This document shows, piece after piece, positions 32,801 through 43,400 of a DNA stretch of 64,000 bases. Within the stretch, counting starts at the first letter, position 1; each line of letters opens with the position of its first letter. The DNA is from Oopsacas minuta (taxonomy: Eukaryota; Animalia; Porifera): the NCBI GenBank assembly GCA_024704765.1, contig JAKMXF010000144.1:558001-622000 (forward strand). The letters run 5' to 3'. Made by a program: the position numbers and the translations under genes. A model generated the notes under the pieces. The model saw nothing but the letters and a program-made list of their open reading frames with translations, made no database searches and was not told the origin of the DNA.

Positions 32801-35578
32801 TTTTCCTGGAATTTTTCTGAAAGATTCTACTTCCATCCAGAACATTATATCCACTGATGCGTGTCTAGAATCAAGAAAGCTTTTGAATAAGTTTAATAGT
32901 GTATTTTCCTGTATAACCTGTTGTATAGTGTATCCCATGGGTGTGGCTAGTCCTGTACTTGAGGTGATGGGAAGTTTTGATTTATCTGATTCAATTTCAT
33001 TTCCTTCATTCACATCTGGTAATATATCTTCATCTTCAATTACATCTATGTCTACTGCGAGTTCTTCTAGAAATTCCTCATCATCATTTTCCCAATGAGA
33101 GAATGCTACTTCATCTGTTTTAGCTTCTTCTAAGAAAGTACTCTCTTCTTTCAAACAAGCTGTCCATGGTTCAGTTAATACATCTAGTACGTGTTCTTCC
33201 AATGAATCAAATAAATCCTCAAAAGCTGGGTAGATACTTAGGCCAATCTTGTTAGCGATTTCATACCTACAGCTCACATACATATTTCCTGATGTAAGCA
33301 CGTATTTACTGAGTATAGTTTTAGCTCTTGCTTCTGTTTGAAAAGGATTGAAATCCTCGGTTAGGAAACCATCTTTGAAGTTTTGTATTTCTCTCCAACA
33401 AAGTAAGCAATTCCTCCAGTTTATATTTCCAACTTTCTCGATATATTGTTGGAATATTCCTCCAGCCTTCCTATGCTCTATAGACAGGCATATTGTCAGC
33501 TGTTGATTGAGTTTACTATCCTTTGTAGGGACTATTACCTTAGGGAGAGGTACTGATTTGCTCCTCCTTCTCTTCTGTACTTCACTATGAAACATAACTG
33601 TATGGGATATCGGTAGAGCAACTGATTCAGCTAGAGAGTATTCATTGATATCTGGCAGTTTATTGATAGCTGTAATCGCACTGAAGCTCCTGACAGTAGA
33701 CATATGACAGGCTGGATTAGGAGTAGAGGAGAGGGGGAAATGGTTAGGAGAGAGTTGAGGGAAGATGAGAGGACTGGCTAACTCCCTAACTAACTTTGGA
33801 TCACATTTAAGTGCATTCTTCTGAGAATCATTCAAGACACTGACTCTACCTTGATGTGTAGTAGGACGGGATCTCTTATTATCATCTGTTGGAGATTTAA
33901 TTCTGCGTTTACTGGCACTCATTAGATATCTTGGACACCAATAGCTCACTAAGGAATGCAATACACTTGTTTGTAATGCAAATATATCCTCGCGTGTTAC
34001 TGGTTGAGTTTTGTGTATCCATCTTCCTTTAGCTATTTCGCATTTTGCACCAGGCCGTAGGTACTTTTCCTTAATTTCCTTGAATCCTGTCAGTGCCTCG
34101 ATCTCACTATCACAGTTAGAAAGACGTTCACACTCCACCCAGTATAAATAATCATTCTCTCCAGTTGTATTGACTAGGAATTTCTTGAACGCAGCTATTT
34201 CCCTTTTGGAACAAAATATTTGATAATCTACTCCATGTCTGTTCTGCTCGCTACTCAGTGCTATGTTAGATATACTCTTTGAGAGAGGAACAGATGGATG
34301 GTTAGCTCTTCTCTGCTCCATCCCACCCAGAAGACTAGCTAGATTATATTCACAGTATAGATCACTCTTTAGGAAAGAAGGTAGTCTCTCTTTGCAAATC
34401 CAATCTACCGTCCTTGTTCTGTCTAGAGTAGCTACATAGTTATCCTCACGGACTGAAAGAGCATGACTGTGTGTAACAGAAGGAGGAATAAGACTGTGTA
34501 CTTGTAATGCTTCGTGTGCATCAACAGATTGATCATCTCGGTCAAGATGAATTTCTTCAAATTGTTTAGTTTCCAGAACATATTGAATTGTTCTCGGAAA
34601 GATGGGTAGAGCAAGATAACAATTAATATATTCGATGAAAAGCTCTTCAGTAAGATATCTTTCAAATTGTGGTTCTTCCATAGTTATGTGGTTTACCCTT
34701 TTTATTATTATATAAACAATATATCTGTTTATTCGCAGTATTTGCTTGTGTTCTAATTGGTTCTTTGTGTTACTGTATTGTCTGTTTGTCAATAGCTTTG
34801 TCAATAGTATAGAATGTATGGTTAAATTAGAACCCGTTTACTCACACTAGATTTTGTAATTATCCATAGTCTCTTTACCCGAAAATGTAATAGGTGGCCG
34901 AAATACCAAACTGGAATTGCAGATATTCGCTACTATTATTTTGTCAGTAATTATACAGTCACAATTTTAATTTTATTCTGTAAATGATGCAAATAGCAGG
35001 AAAACTATTGTAGCAATCATGTAAACTCAGTCAAGTACTACTCCGTCTGCAACGAACACTAAATATATGTCTAAACCTACTGAACCAATATATATATTCC
35101 TTGGGTGAATACAGCTAATTTAGATTAACTTTAGTTTTGAAGAGCTAACAAATTGAAATTTCAATTGATCACTATTCTATGTATACAATTGTTCCAGCTA
35201 TTGCTAGATTGGAATTTTCCTAACCATCACTTTATTGATAGCAATTTGTCATTTTAGGTTGCCAACTATTTAGATCAACGCAGATTATCTTATTCTATCT
35301 CTGGTAGAGTTGCAGATTTAATTAAAGGTAATCTGACATTTATTTTAACTGAATTATCCCATAAATATTTGGTTAATGCAAGAGAAATATTTATGTTCCA
35401 AACTTCCATTTCAATCAATTTTGTATCAGGTAAAGATCCAGAGAAAATCAGAAAACTTTTCAACGCTCCTAAGAGGTCAACAGATCTAGACCTTATATCT
35501 CTCCACTCATTCTCTACAACTCTCACTTCCTTGTCACCCTCTCTAAGTATTTCCAGCATAACTCCTGAAAATATTTAA
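26829..35578 (+). CDS. SKP1: Divergent SKP1-family protein, 5 exons, 206 aa; hosts three antisense genes
   Basis: Exons 26829-26925, 27022-27086, 28739-28978, 35258-35327, 35430-35578 (phases 1,0,0,1; 621 nt). Reads KVYLESSEGK...LVQD|LGCEEDEVIPLPAVPAKILKK|VLQWCEH...IWEQEFL...PLLL|VANYLD...VADLIKG|KDPEKIRKLFN, colinear with SKP1 (ILKKVIQW, WDQEFL, AANYLD, GKTPEEIRKTFN). Probably a paralog; the final exon's 3' end is less certain. Confidence 0.85.
27172..28269 (-). CDS. UROD: Uroporphyrinogen decarboxylase-like protein (divergent active site), intronless, nested in SKP1-like intron 2
   Basis: LKNDVIIRLARGE...PVWMLRQSGHYLP, DAVIIFAD, VPLIGFSLAPWTLLAYLVEG, GIDWT, LMGNLDP. Confidence 0.9.
   Translation of the reverse strand: MMNSSENLLKITRSKAPAKLKNDVIIRLARGEKVEKIPVWMLRQSGHYLPKFTEICNMNKLETIYQNARLSSELTQLPLEYFDVDAVIIFADSFVLLKILGIKIEQSERGDLTITNPLMTPGDIDRLEKDIEVEKKVKPILDTISLVSYELDGRVPLIGFSLAPWTLLAYLVEGLGETKWFRAKSWLYLYKETSHQLLNDLTGVVIDFLIHQYKAGAQVLMLIDSLTGILGKQQFMEFCYPQLKEIAKEIKQRLSSDVPIMLYLQGVHYAIEELGKLDYQIIGIDWTIEPDIARKQIGDKKVLMGNLDPVALLADEKEIEKMTKSMIKMLGADKCIANVGNGIFPTTDIGNVKKFVDTVHAYKKK
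29286..30458 (-). CDS. Coiled-coil + NHL-repeat beta-propeller protein (TRIM-NHL-like, no RING), nested in SKP1-like intron 3
   Basis: First ATG 30458; BBC-like coiled coil (IHEYFEELEERMQKRKTILLDNV) then NHL repeats (PTGLCV...IFVCEQKHNRVQ, PCSVSV, IVVTDTNNGVIYV, FIVCDQEKGQIQKF). Confidence 0.85.
   Translation of the reverse strand: MAGKSYWNEVRQKIHEYFEELEERMQKRKTILLDNVDRIEQNYYEKINEHSKLVEDLEKMNSLLSETPICNEADNLRIFCMKALNQKIDDSKVTEIEEIKFSTKEMSPPVSFDDVGEITVSSSIYPQELIDLPFKPYFIRQHSDGDYYIISSQGIEITDSNLRPIKHTSCKHSLGTRVRVGDLAVSDKHLYISVTNQNRIQMYDKEGRFIKEIGKDLTGEYELGGPTGLCVYKKYIFVCEQKHNRVQALLNHSHSHFIGNKGDLKDPCSVSVTIDRKVIVLHSGLPSIYMYQLTGEMYKQIYLDIPRSSLLTGRLVLGDNDDIVVTDTNNGVIYVTNPVGTLVYKLGKEKLNAWHSNHYHGTCINEEGVFIVCDQEKGQIQKFKLDTFSY
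31274..31480 (+). mobile_element. 5' fragment of a Helitron-like element with a (GTTT)n tract
   Basis: A|TCTATATTATTAAA start followed by (GTTT)n at ~31297-31327; no 3' hairpin/CTAG found, so the end coordinate is approximate. Confidence 0.45.
31754..34681 (-). CDS. RGS22: Regulator of G-protein signalling 22, intronless, 975 aa, nested in SKP1-like intron 3
   Basis: ATG 34681; N-terminus FERYLTEELFIEYINCYLALPIFP, WICKERLPSFLKSDLYCEY, and RGS-like domains (FKKFLVNTTGENDYLYWVECE; FKSFLDSRHASVDIMFWMEVESFR; LKNDLNFWLEIQRYKELCH). Confidence 0.9.
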   Translation of the reverse strand: MEEPQFERYLTEELFIEYINCYLALPIFPRTIQYVLETKQFEEIHLDRDDQSVDAHEALQVHSLIPPSVTHSHALSVREDNYVATLDRTRTVDWICKERLPSFLKSDLYCEYNLASLLGGMEQRRANHPSVPLSKSISNIALSSEQNRHGVDYQIFCSKREIAAFKKFLVNTTGENDYLYWVECERLSNCDSEIEALTGFKEIKEKYLRPGAKCEIAKGRWIHKTQPVTREDIFALQTSVLHSLVSYWCPRYLMSASKRRIKSPTDDNKRSRPTTHQGRVSVLNDSQKNALKCDPKLVRELASPLIFPQLSPNHFPLSSTPNPACHMSTVRSFSAITAINKLPDINEYSLAESVALPISHTVMFHSEVQKRRRSKSVPLPKVIVPTKDSKLNQQLTICLSIEHRKAGGIFQQYIEKVGNINWRNCLLCWREIQNFKDGFLTEDFNPFQTEARAKTILSKYVLTSGNMYVSCRYEIANKIGLSIYPAFEDLFDSLEEHVLDVLTEPWTACLKEESTFLEEAKTDEVAFSHWENDDEEFLEELAVDIDVIEDEDILPDVNEGNEIESDKSKLPITSSTGLATPMGYTIQQVIQENTLLNLFKSFLDSRHASVDIMFWMEVESFRKIPGKESKLRNAKAKLIRSQYLTKNYYFGLNSPASKEAQNRMIMLGGLGRKVPQRPPTPVLIEGQKQVQARLEHRWLPVFVKTREFLQYMYPGQDHYRAPLQQQHQKEGGGVAGSQDEWKSKIFESRWMTNSRDIINCRKAILNPITCKPFETFIELKSSKDEHLKNDLNFWLEIQRYKELCHAHTPEAVLQLKINVIVNCFLQSKVPPKIQVDLSQEMVEKLQRKPVGPYLFREPQAEMFRVIFSYWMEYQTFKEQHKGEDIEVSFMELRQQIHEKEMIKIKKQREFENAKMRQQQLRPFGMGHGLHGDDDPAADLTFRLSEAEGKSKGISTKKRRDNLPNTSPMNRILSVL

Positions 35579-35908
35579 GTTTGTTAACGAATCAATCTTG
35601 CTATTATTCTCTTCATTCAATTCTAAGATTCATATTTATTTATTTATTTGTTGATTACTAAGAATTCGTATTGCATATTTTAATTTCACTAAACTCAACA
35701 TAGCATACCACGTTATTTTGTATCAGAATTTCAAATGGATACTGTATTAATCTATTCGTGTGCGTCCACCATATGGACATTTGTAGAATAACTCCTCTTC
35801 TATAATTATTGAGTATAATAATCCCAGAATCTAGAATTATTTAACCTCATATTGGTTACACTCTGCTTGAAAATATTTCCTAAAACGAACTGACGAGGTT
35901 CTTAGAAC

Positions 35909-36787
35909 ATGTATCGTATATTCAAGTCATTAGAATGTACAATTACAGCATTAAGAGACATTCCCACTACACACAACATGATGAAGAATTACTTTATAAG
36001 CAGAATTCAATTACGGAGACAAAGTAACTTAGCCCTTCTTCGTAAAAAGACAGGACTACCTATAATCAAGTGTAAAGAAGCTCTAACCAAATTTTCTAAT
36101 CTCGAAGAAGCAGAGAGCTGGTTGGAAGAGGAAGCTCGTAAAGAAGGAATGCAGCGTGTCTCGTTAGGCAGAGCTACTACAAATGGAGTAGTTGCTCTTA
36201 ATATTATAAAACAAGAATCTATGATAAGAACAACTCTAATTGAGCTTAATTGTGAGACTGACCATCTGTCACTATCTGAAGAATTTAGACAGCTTGCAGC
36301 TAAAATCTGTCAGCTGATTACTAACTCTAGTCTATCAGCTGGTAGTTTGACTCCTGAGAATATGTTAGCAGTTCCTCAAGATAATGGATTGACTGCGCTC
36401 GATGCTATTACAAGGTTTGTTGGTAGAGCTAAAGAGACTACGACATTAAAGCGAGGAGCTATTCATGATGCCAGGGGAGATATATGTATTGGTAGCTATG
36501 TACATAATGCTTTAGACTTATCTAGCTGTGATTCAGTATTGAAGGTAGGTACCCATGCTTCTTTTGTTGAAATAGAGAGATTAGAGGGAGAGAGTATTGA
36601 TACTCAATTATTAGCTGATCAACTAGCTCAGCATGTTGTAGGAATGCCACAAGAAGGGGCAGAAGATAAGATTGAAACACTTCTAGAGCAAGATTGGTTA
36701 TTTGATTTAGATAGAACTGTTAATTCAGTTTTGGGATCAAATCAGTTAAAATGTGTTCACTTCGTTAGGTATCAAGTAGGGAAATAA
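35909..36787 (+). CDS. TSFM: Mitochondrial elongation factor Ts
   Basis: UBA-like LALLRKKTGLPIIKCKEAL...AESWL, IELNCETDH, LAQHVVGM, LLEQDWLFD, FVRYQVG. Confidence 0.92.
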   Translation: MYRIFKSLECTITALRDIPTTHNMMKNYFISRIQLRRQSNLALLRKKTGLPIIKCKEALTKFSNLEEAESWLEEEARKEGMQRVSLGRATTNGVVALNIIKQESMIRTTLIELNCETDHLSLSEEFRQLAAKICQLITNSSLSAGSLTPENMLAVPQDNGLTALDAITRFVGRAKETTTLKRGAIHDARGDICIGSYVHNALDLSSCDSVLKVGTHASFVEIERLEGESIDTQLLADQLAQHVVGMPQEGAEDKIETLLEQDWLFDLDRTVNSVLGSNQLKCVHFVRYQVGK

Positions 36788-38153
36788 AATTTATCTAAAA
36801 ATTTTCAATTTGTATTTCTATTTGATTCTAGTATTTTCTAAATATCGTTGGGAGGCCGAGCACATAACTTGACAATTCCCTTATGTGTGTGTATTAACGA
36901 TACTCCACTGTATAATTATTTAGATAAACTGGACTTACACATGAAATATACTAGCTTGTTATTATGTCGTGCATCATGTATGCTTGTCCAGTATTATACT
37001 AACTTGGACAGACCATATGATTCCAATTCGGTTGATTCGTTTAATGATTTCCGTATTGTTTCGCATATTATATACAACGGAAATTGAAAGCTTATAATTC
37101 ATCTATTCAGTTTAAGAATTTGTATAGTAAACTGGTCTTATGTATTTGTTAATTAGTTTAGTTTGCTTGCGATTTATCCTTTTCGGGATAGATGTACTAT
37201 TATAATTAGAAATCATAACTAATCAGAGATACATTTGTGTTCTGTTTAAGTTTCTATTAATTATTGCCTTACTTGAGATGTTATAAGGAAGTTAATCAAG
37301 GTAAGGTAGACAGGTGTTCCAATTCATCTTACGTGTATTGTGACAACCATATACATCTGAATTCTAGCTAACCTATTCAATACTTATATGGCAGCCATTT
37401 TAGATTCTGAGTTTAAAAGATGTTTCAATTGGGGAGGGGGAGGGGGTAATTAATTCAGATTTATTTTCTGCAATCGTGTCACCTTAGAGGAAGTTATGTA
37501 TTGTCTGCAGCTCTCGGTGAGGTTTTAATCTAGCACTAGATAGATAAGTGATATTCCATGTAATAATGATTAAATACCTTTAATCAACCTCATTTTCATT
37601 TTATGTAGAGTTTTTCGAATTCATAAAGTGATTAGACCGAACTGGCTTGTCAAGTTGTACTAATACTAACTGTTTGAATATTACAAATGAATAGCAACTA
37701 ACCTAAACTCTAATATAGTTGATAGAATTAATCTCATTTATGTGTTAATTTTGGGGTCTTTTCATTTAAATTTACATATTAATCACCTCTTACGCGAATT
37801 TATTGAAAAAGTTTAGTGCAAATATATCATTTGAAGTCGCCTACGCGCAAGCTAGGAATTTTGAGTTTCATTATTCAGTTATCCATCAATTAATTCAATA
37901 AGTGTTTAAAATGCATTAACTTAATGTGTATAATTCTGCGTTTTCTACCACAACAATGGAAATTATACGTTCTAATAGATTCCTTACAATACAATACGAA
38001 GCATATCATATACACTGATTCATACGGTTCTAGATTTTATACATTATCCTAATGTATTTCTAATCAGAATCTCTTTCTATTTGTAGCAAAAAGTATAAAA
38101 GCATATTAGTATTTCTATGAACTAACTACTTAATATATTCTACAAATTGCTGA

Positions 38154-39245
38154 ATGAGTACTGATAGATTTGGCTTTGAATTAGAGTCGGAACAAGCTTC
38201 ATATAGCTTTTGCATACCACATAATAAGTTGAGAAAACGTGAGAGCAAATGGTTAAAAATGTTTGACAAATGGGATTATTATATGTCTAAAAAATCGGAT
38301 TTGATTAGAGTTCGTTGTCAGAAAGGAATCCCGTATTCCCTGCGTGGCAAAGCTTGGAGGTACCTAACACATAGTTATATCCTAGAAGAGCAACATCCAG
38401 GACTATTCAATGACCTTGTTAGACAGGCGGATAAGATAGCGAATCCAAATGATTTATCAGCCATCATTAAGGATCTGCATCGTACTTTCCCTGCGAATGA
38501 AACCTTTGCCGATGAAAAAGGCCGTGACGAATTGAGACGCGTTCTCTCAGCCCTTGCTGCCTACAAACCTGAGCATGGCTACTGCCAGGCCATGTCTCCC
38601 ATAGTAGCTACACTTCTGATGCATATGCCTGCTGAATCTGCTTTCTGGGTGATGGTTAGAATCTTAGAAGATTATCTCCCTGGATATTTCTCTGATGGTT
38701 TATTCTCTCTGCAAGTAGACTGTGAAATATTTGGCATGCTTCTTCCTTCCTTCGCGCCTAGATTAGCTGCACACATGAAATCAATCGGAGCTGTGCCTAG
38801 CGTTATCTTGCTGGAATGGTTCATGTGTCTCTTCTGTAGAACTTTACCGTTTTCATGTGCTCTTAGAGTAATAGACATATTTATGTACGAGGGGCCTATT
38901 GCTTTGATGAAAGCTGCACTATCTCTATCTATCCTTAAAATGGGATCATCATATGATAAATATTCAACAGTTAATGAGTTCTATCCAGCAATGCGAGAGT
39001 TATCCCCTGAGATAACTCATGAATCCGTTCTCATTCCTTACATGTTTTCTCTTAAAGTTAAGCAGAAACAAATTGAAAGATTACATCTTGTTTCTGAGGA
39101 GAGAATTAAGCAAGAACAAGCAGCAACAGCTAAGAGACGGTCAGAATACAAACAAAGACAAGCTGAACATAATCTGCTATCTGTTTCTAGCGAGGGTAGT
39201 CGTGGATCTACTCCCAGCCCTACAATCAGACTGAGTAACGAATAG
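38154..39245 (+). CDS. TBC1D10: TBC1D10/EPI64-family RabGAP, intronless
   Basis: RESKWLKMFDKWD...RCQKGIPYSLRGKAWRYL, Arg finger IKDLHRTFP, Gln finger GYCQAMSPIVATLLMHMPAESAFW. Confidence 0.92.
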   Translation: MSTDRFGFELESEQASYSFCIPHNKLRKRESKWLKMFDKWDYYMSKKSDLIRVRCQKGIPYSLRGKAWRYLTHSYILEEQHPGLFNDLVRQADKIANPNDLSAIIKDLHRTFPANETFADEKGRDELRRVLSALAAYKPEHGYCQAMSPIVATLLMHMPAESAFWVMVRILEDYLPGYFSDGLFSLQVDCEIFGMLLPSFAPRLAAHMKSIGAVPSVILLEWFMCLFCRTLPFSCALRVIDIFMYEGPIALMKAALSLSILKMGSSYDKYSTVNEFYPAMRELSPEITHESVLIPYMFSLKVKQKQIERLHLVSEERIKQEQAATAKRRSEYKQRQAEHNLLSVSSEGSRGSTPSPTIRLSNE

Positions 39246-40443
39246 CTTCACCCTTCCTTCCCAATACTTGTAAAATATATTTTTACCGAATAATTATAGA
39301 AAACTTCACTTCAAACTATTACTATTCTTATCGCTTAATTATATTAAATCATACATGCTGATATCTTTATTTGAATTAATGGGAGTGAAGGTTAATCGTG
39401 AATTATATTAATTATTAGATATTACAAGGCTTTGGCGCATATCAAGCTCAAATAGATTATTCCATTTGTTAAATAATTTGTTAATATCTTGTTGTTGCAT
39501 TAAACAGAGTTGGTAAATGGTTAAATTCGTTTCGAATCTTATTGCCCATTACAGTGGCTGATATATTTTCAATTATTCAAAGTTATACAGCGTAACAAAA
39601 AGGAACGATCTCGCCAATTCTTGTTAATCTCCCTGAAATTATTTTGATACAAGAAGCTAACAAATCGTCAAATCTCTGGCGCTTGATTTGAATTTAAAAT
39701 TATTAACGGTTGTATCATAGTTGCAAATATATTTATTTATCTTCTCTCTATAAGGTAAAGTATTCAAAAGTTCCATTCAAAAGTATTCTTTCTAACTGAT
39801 TCATAGCCAACTCAAAATTTACTATATATAGGCAATGAATGGATTAAACTACGTATTACAAGTCACATGTTTTAAAAGGACGCTACAGGATTTTTGGAAA
39901 AATTCCAACTTCCCTAATTACTCCATTATCAGGAGACATCGGCTTCCTATAATACTTAAGACAATAATTGACTAATGGGATTCTCAGTTCTAAGAAAATT
40001 CGTTTTACTGCTTCCATTCTTGTGTTATTTTTATAACACATGACTCTTCACGACTAGCTGTTTTGGTAAAAATCTCACATTCTTATCAGTTGATAGAAAT
40101 TCAGGGTTTCGCATCACTTAGATAATCTTCAAATAATTATCAATTCAGTATGAAATGTATTACATTTACTCAAGCTACGTAGTGAATGGAAGCACCTTAT
40201 CTTTTCCGTTTTTCTTTAAAACTTTCTGATTTTACCTCTGAATTGAATTACCTAATAGTTGGGGAAATAGCCGGTATTTTGATAACTTTATTTACGCCCT
40301 CATTTTACCTGATTTCCTCGACGATAAATAACAATTCATAAAATTACTTACAGTATGCATTATTTCTACTAAAGGAACTTTCATGAGAGTATTACTGAAT
40401 ATTTATACGAATTCTATACTATCCTGTTTCGCTATTAGCTTAC

Positions 40444-43400
40444 ATGATGAATAATATATTCCTATTTACCTTGTTCTTGGCTGTGACCTTTGTACCTCTT
40501 AATGGAGTTCCATCTCGACGACGTCTAGGTGTAGTAAGTGAGTATTTCAATTATCATATTTATTCGGAATGTTGCTTAATGATATCTATTTCCATCTTCT
40601 AGACGCAAGTCATTATATTACGCTACACTTACTAATTGAAGATTGTGTATCTGATAAAGTACATTTCAATATTCGCATCACTAGCCTGAGTAATAACGTA
40701 AGTTCCATGTTTCTATCATTACGATCGCAATTCTATAACTTAACAATTTTACCTATTCAGATTACTGTAGAACAGATCTCCCTTGGTTGTAGTGCCGAAC
40801 CGAGTTTCTGGACGGATGGTTGGTCAAATTGTGTATTAGAGCCATATTGTAATATATTTATTACGTAACTTTCTATTAGAATCTGGTCTCAATATTTTTG
40901 CTGGAAAAACAGAAAAGCTGGAATACATAACTAGTAAGTTAAAATCCACGAATTTCTAATATTCCTTATTACTACAAATAATGAAATCATAATTTCTTAG
41001 CCATCCTGCTACACTCTATGATAAAAGTTGCTAATTCTTCATCTTACACTAACAATACGTTTATATTCTATGGAAACCAAACTCAAGTATCGTTTTGGAA
41101 TAAGAATAATGATATGAAGTAAGCTCTGTTGCGAAATGCCATAAACATTCCTTTCTCCTAAATGTACTCTTGATCAGCTCTTTTTATTCCGTTTAGAGTA
41201 TCATCTGGCCCCCCTTCAATCGACACAGCATTAATACAGCTAACAAACTCGTTATATGATAACATCTCATTAAGTGGACTGTCAGAGCTATGTTATGAGG
41301 TTAGCTAACATCTAGTACTTACTGATGTTATTATTAAGTGCAATTGGAAGTATAATTATTTTAATTTACATTAGCCAGCATTTTTCTGAACTTTACCCTA
41401 TCTATCATTGCATATACTTCTTATCTATGTGTATTGAAATATTGTAATTATTATTATTTTTCATTTTGTAGTGTCAATATTATCCTATATTTGATGATAA
41501 ACCTTATATTAAACCATTGGAGAGTGTGTCTTTTGAAATAGACTCGCGGTTTTTGTACACACTTAAATTCACTCGGAGGTTCTATAGCAACCATTCAGAG
41601 AAAATGTATGTTGATTTATATGCAAATAATTAATGTATTTTACTAACAGTGTGTTTTCAAGCTTGTACCTCCCATACTATTACCAAGAACAAGCTATATA
41701 CATTATTCACATTACTCAGTTCAATAAAACGCCAGATATTTGGCTGCATAAGAAGGGAAACAACACATATTTACGTTAGTTAATTATTATTTTATAAACG
41801 TAATTCATACATAGTTTAATGATTGTAATTGAGTATAAAAGCTCGCATGTGGGTTTCCGTGATATTACCGATAATCTTAATCATTCTCTTCTATTATTGC
41901 CACCGATAACAATTGTCTATTCAAACTGACACACTTTTATATGTTATCAAATTATCTATTAATGCATTTACCAACATCTAGGTTAATTAAGCTTTACCTT
42001 AACTGCATGTTTGAAATAAATATATTTCCTCTCTCATTATACCCTTCATCCGCGTCAGAATTAATTAAGGAATGTAGGAGGGTTATGGTAATCCCATCTT
42101 TGACCTCATTTCATGCCATTCAATACTTTCGAACTATCAGCTTCCTTTATGCTAGATATAGATTATATAATACAAAACTATTTTTGTATAATTTGCCTAT
42201 TGTATTCAAGCATGTTTATACTCCTCTATATTACTAACTATTATCTTATTTAGCTCTTATTGTGAATTGTGCAATATTTGTACTCCTCGCCTCAATATTC
42301 ACTTTCCTATCATTGGTGTTGAAGTGAGTTAAATTAATTTACAAACCTGAAGATAGTGTAAATATCCGCTCGTTAATTGCTTTACCAGCCTGCCAGCTGG
42401 AGTGGAGTGGAGTATCTAATCCATAAGACAAAGTACGAATTTTAAAATAGCAACAAACAATTAATTATATAAAATATGTTCCTTAAATTAGAATTTTAAT
42501 TTACAATAAAAATGTATTTAAATCTAATCAAAATGGAAATTCTGATTTGTTTATTGAAAGTTGGACTTTTCTAAATATAGTTTGACCCTAAAATTATTAA
42601 TTATTCTGAAGTTATTATTTATTCTTAATAATATTTCATTTTCATTTCTAATCAAATTTAGATTTCTGAATAAGAAAAAGATCTTTATGCTCCCAAGCAT
42701 TGAGAAACTTATTAATAATGTAAGTTTTGATAATCCGTATGTGTTTACCCCTCTTGTCTGTTCTAATGGAAATGATGAGTTACTCTAAATCTGCTCAGTA
42801 ATTCTTTGTCGCCAATTCAGAATATGATATTTTAGGAGTTAGGAGGTGGAACAAGTCAGGTAGGTAGAGCATCAACCACTAGCGGAGACATCAATAATTC
42901 AAGTCATAAGGATGTCTCTCCTGCTGAAGAAGTTCCTTTGTTGAATGGCCGTTTTAAGGTTAGTATTAGTAGGGTTATATGTGAGTAGGTAACTGTATCG
43001 TGATCCTCGGGCTCCAATTTATTTGCATACAAATTACGAATTTCATCGTTATTCTGCAATTCAATCTTGATTACTTAAAATACAAATCTAATGTAAATAT
43101 AAAAGTGTGAAAAGGAGCACGATTGGATTAGTTATAACCCCACATAGTCTGGAAGCAAAAAAGACCCCTACGATGGCAAGAAAGAAAGATTAAAGTCTCT
43201 CGATACTTTTAGAGGGTAAAAGTATATTTTAATAATTATGTTAATAATATACCATATTTTTATTACAATATTTTATAGGTTATCGTTGTGTATAATGATA
43301 TTCGTTAACTATGGAGGAGGAGGTTATTGGTTCTTCGATCATAGCACATGGAATGGTAAGTATGATACTATTCCTTGGATAACTTTTAAATATTGGATTG

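Noticed and set aside
35290-35559. 89-aa minus-strand ORF upstream of RGS22
   Set aside because: It is the antisense of SKP1-like exons 4-5 and the intron between them.
36848-36862. ttgggaggccgag resembling a 7SL/Alu motif
   Set aside because: Only ~13 nt match; flanks have no SRP RNA structure or Pol III boxes.
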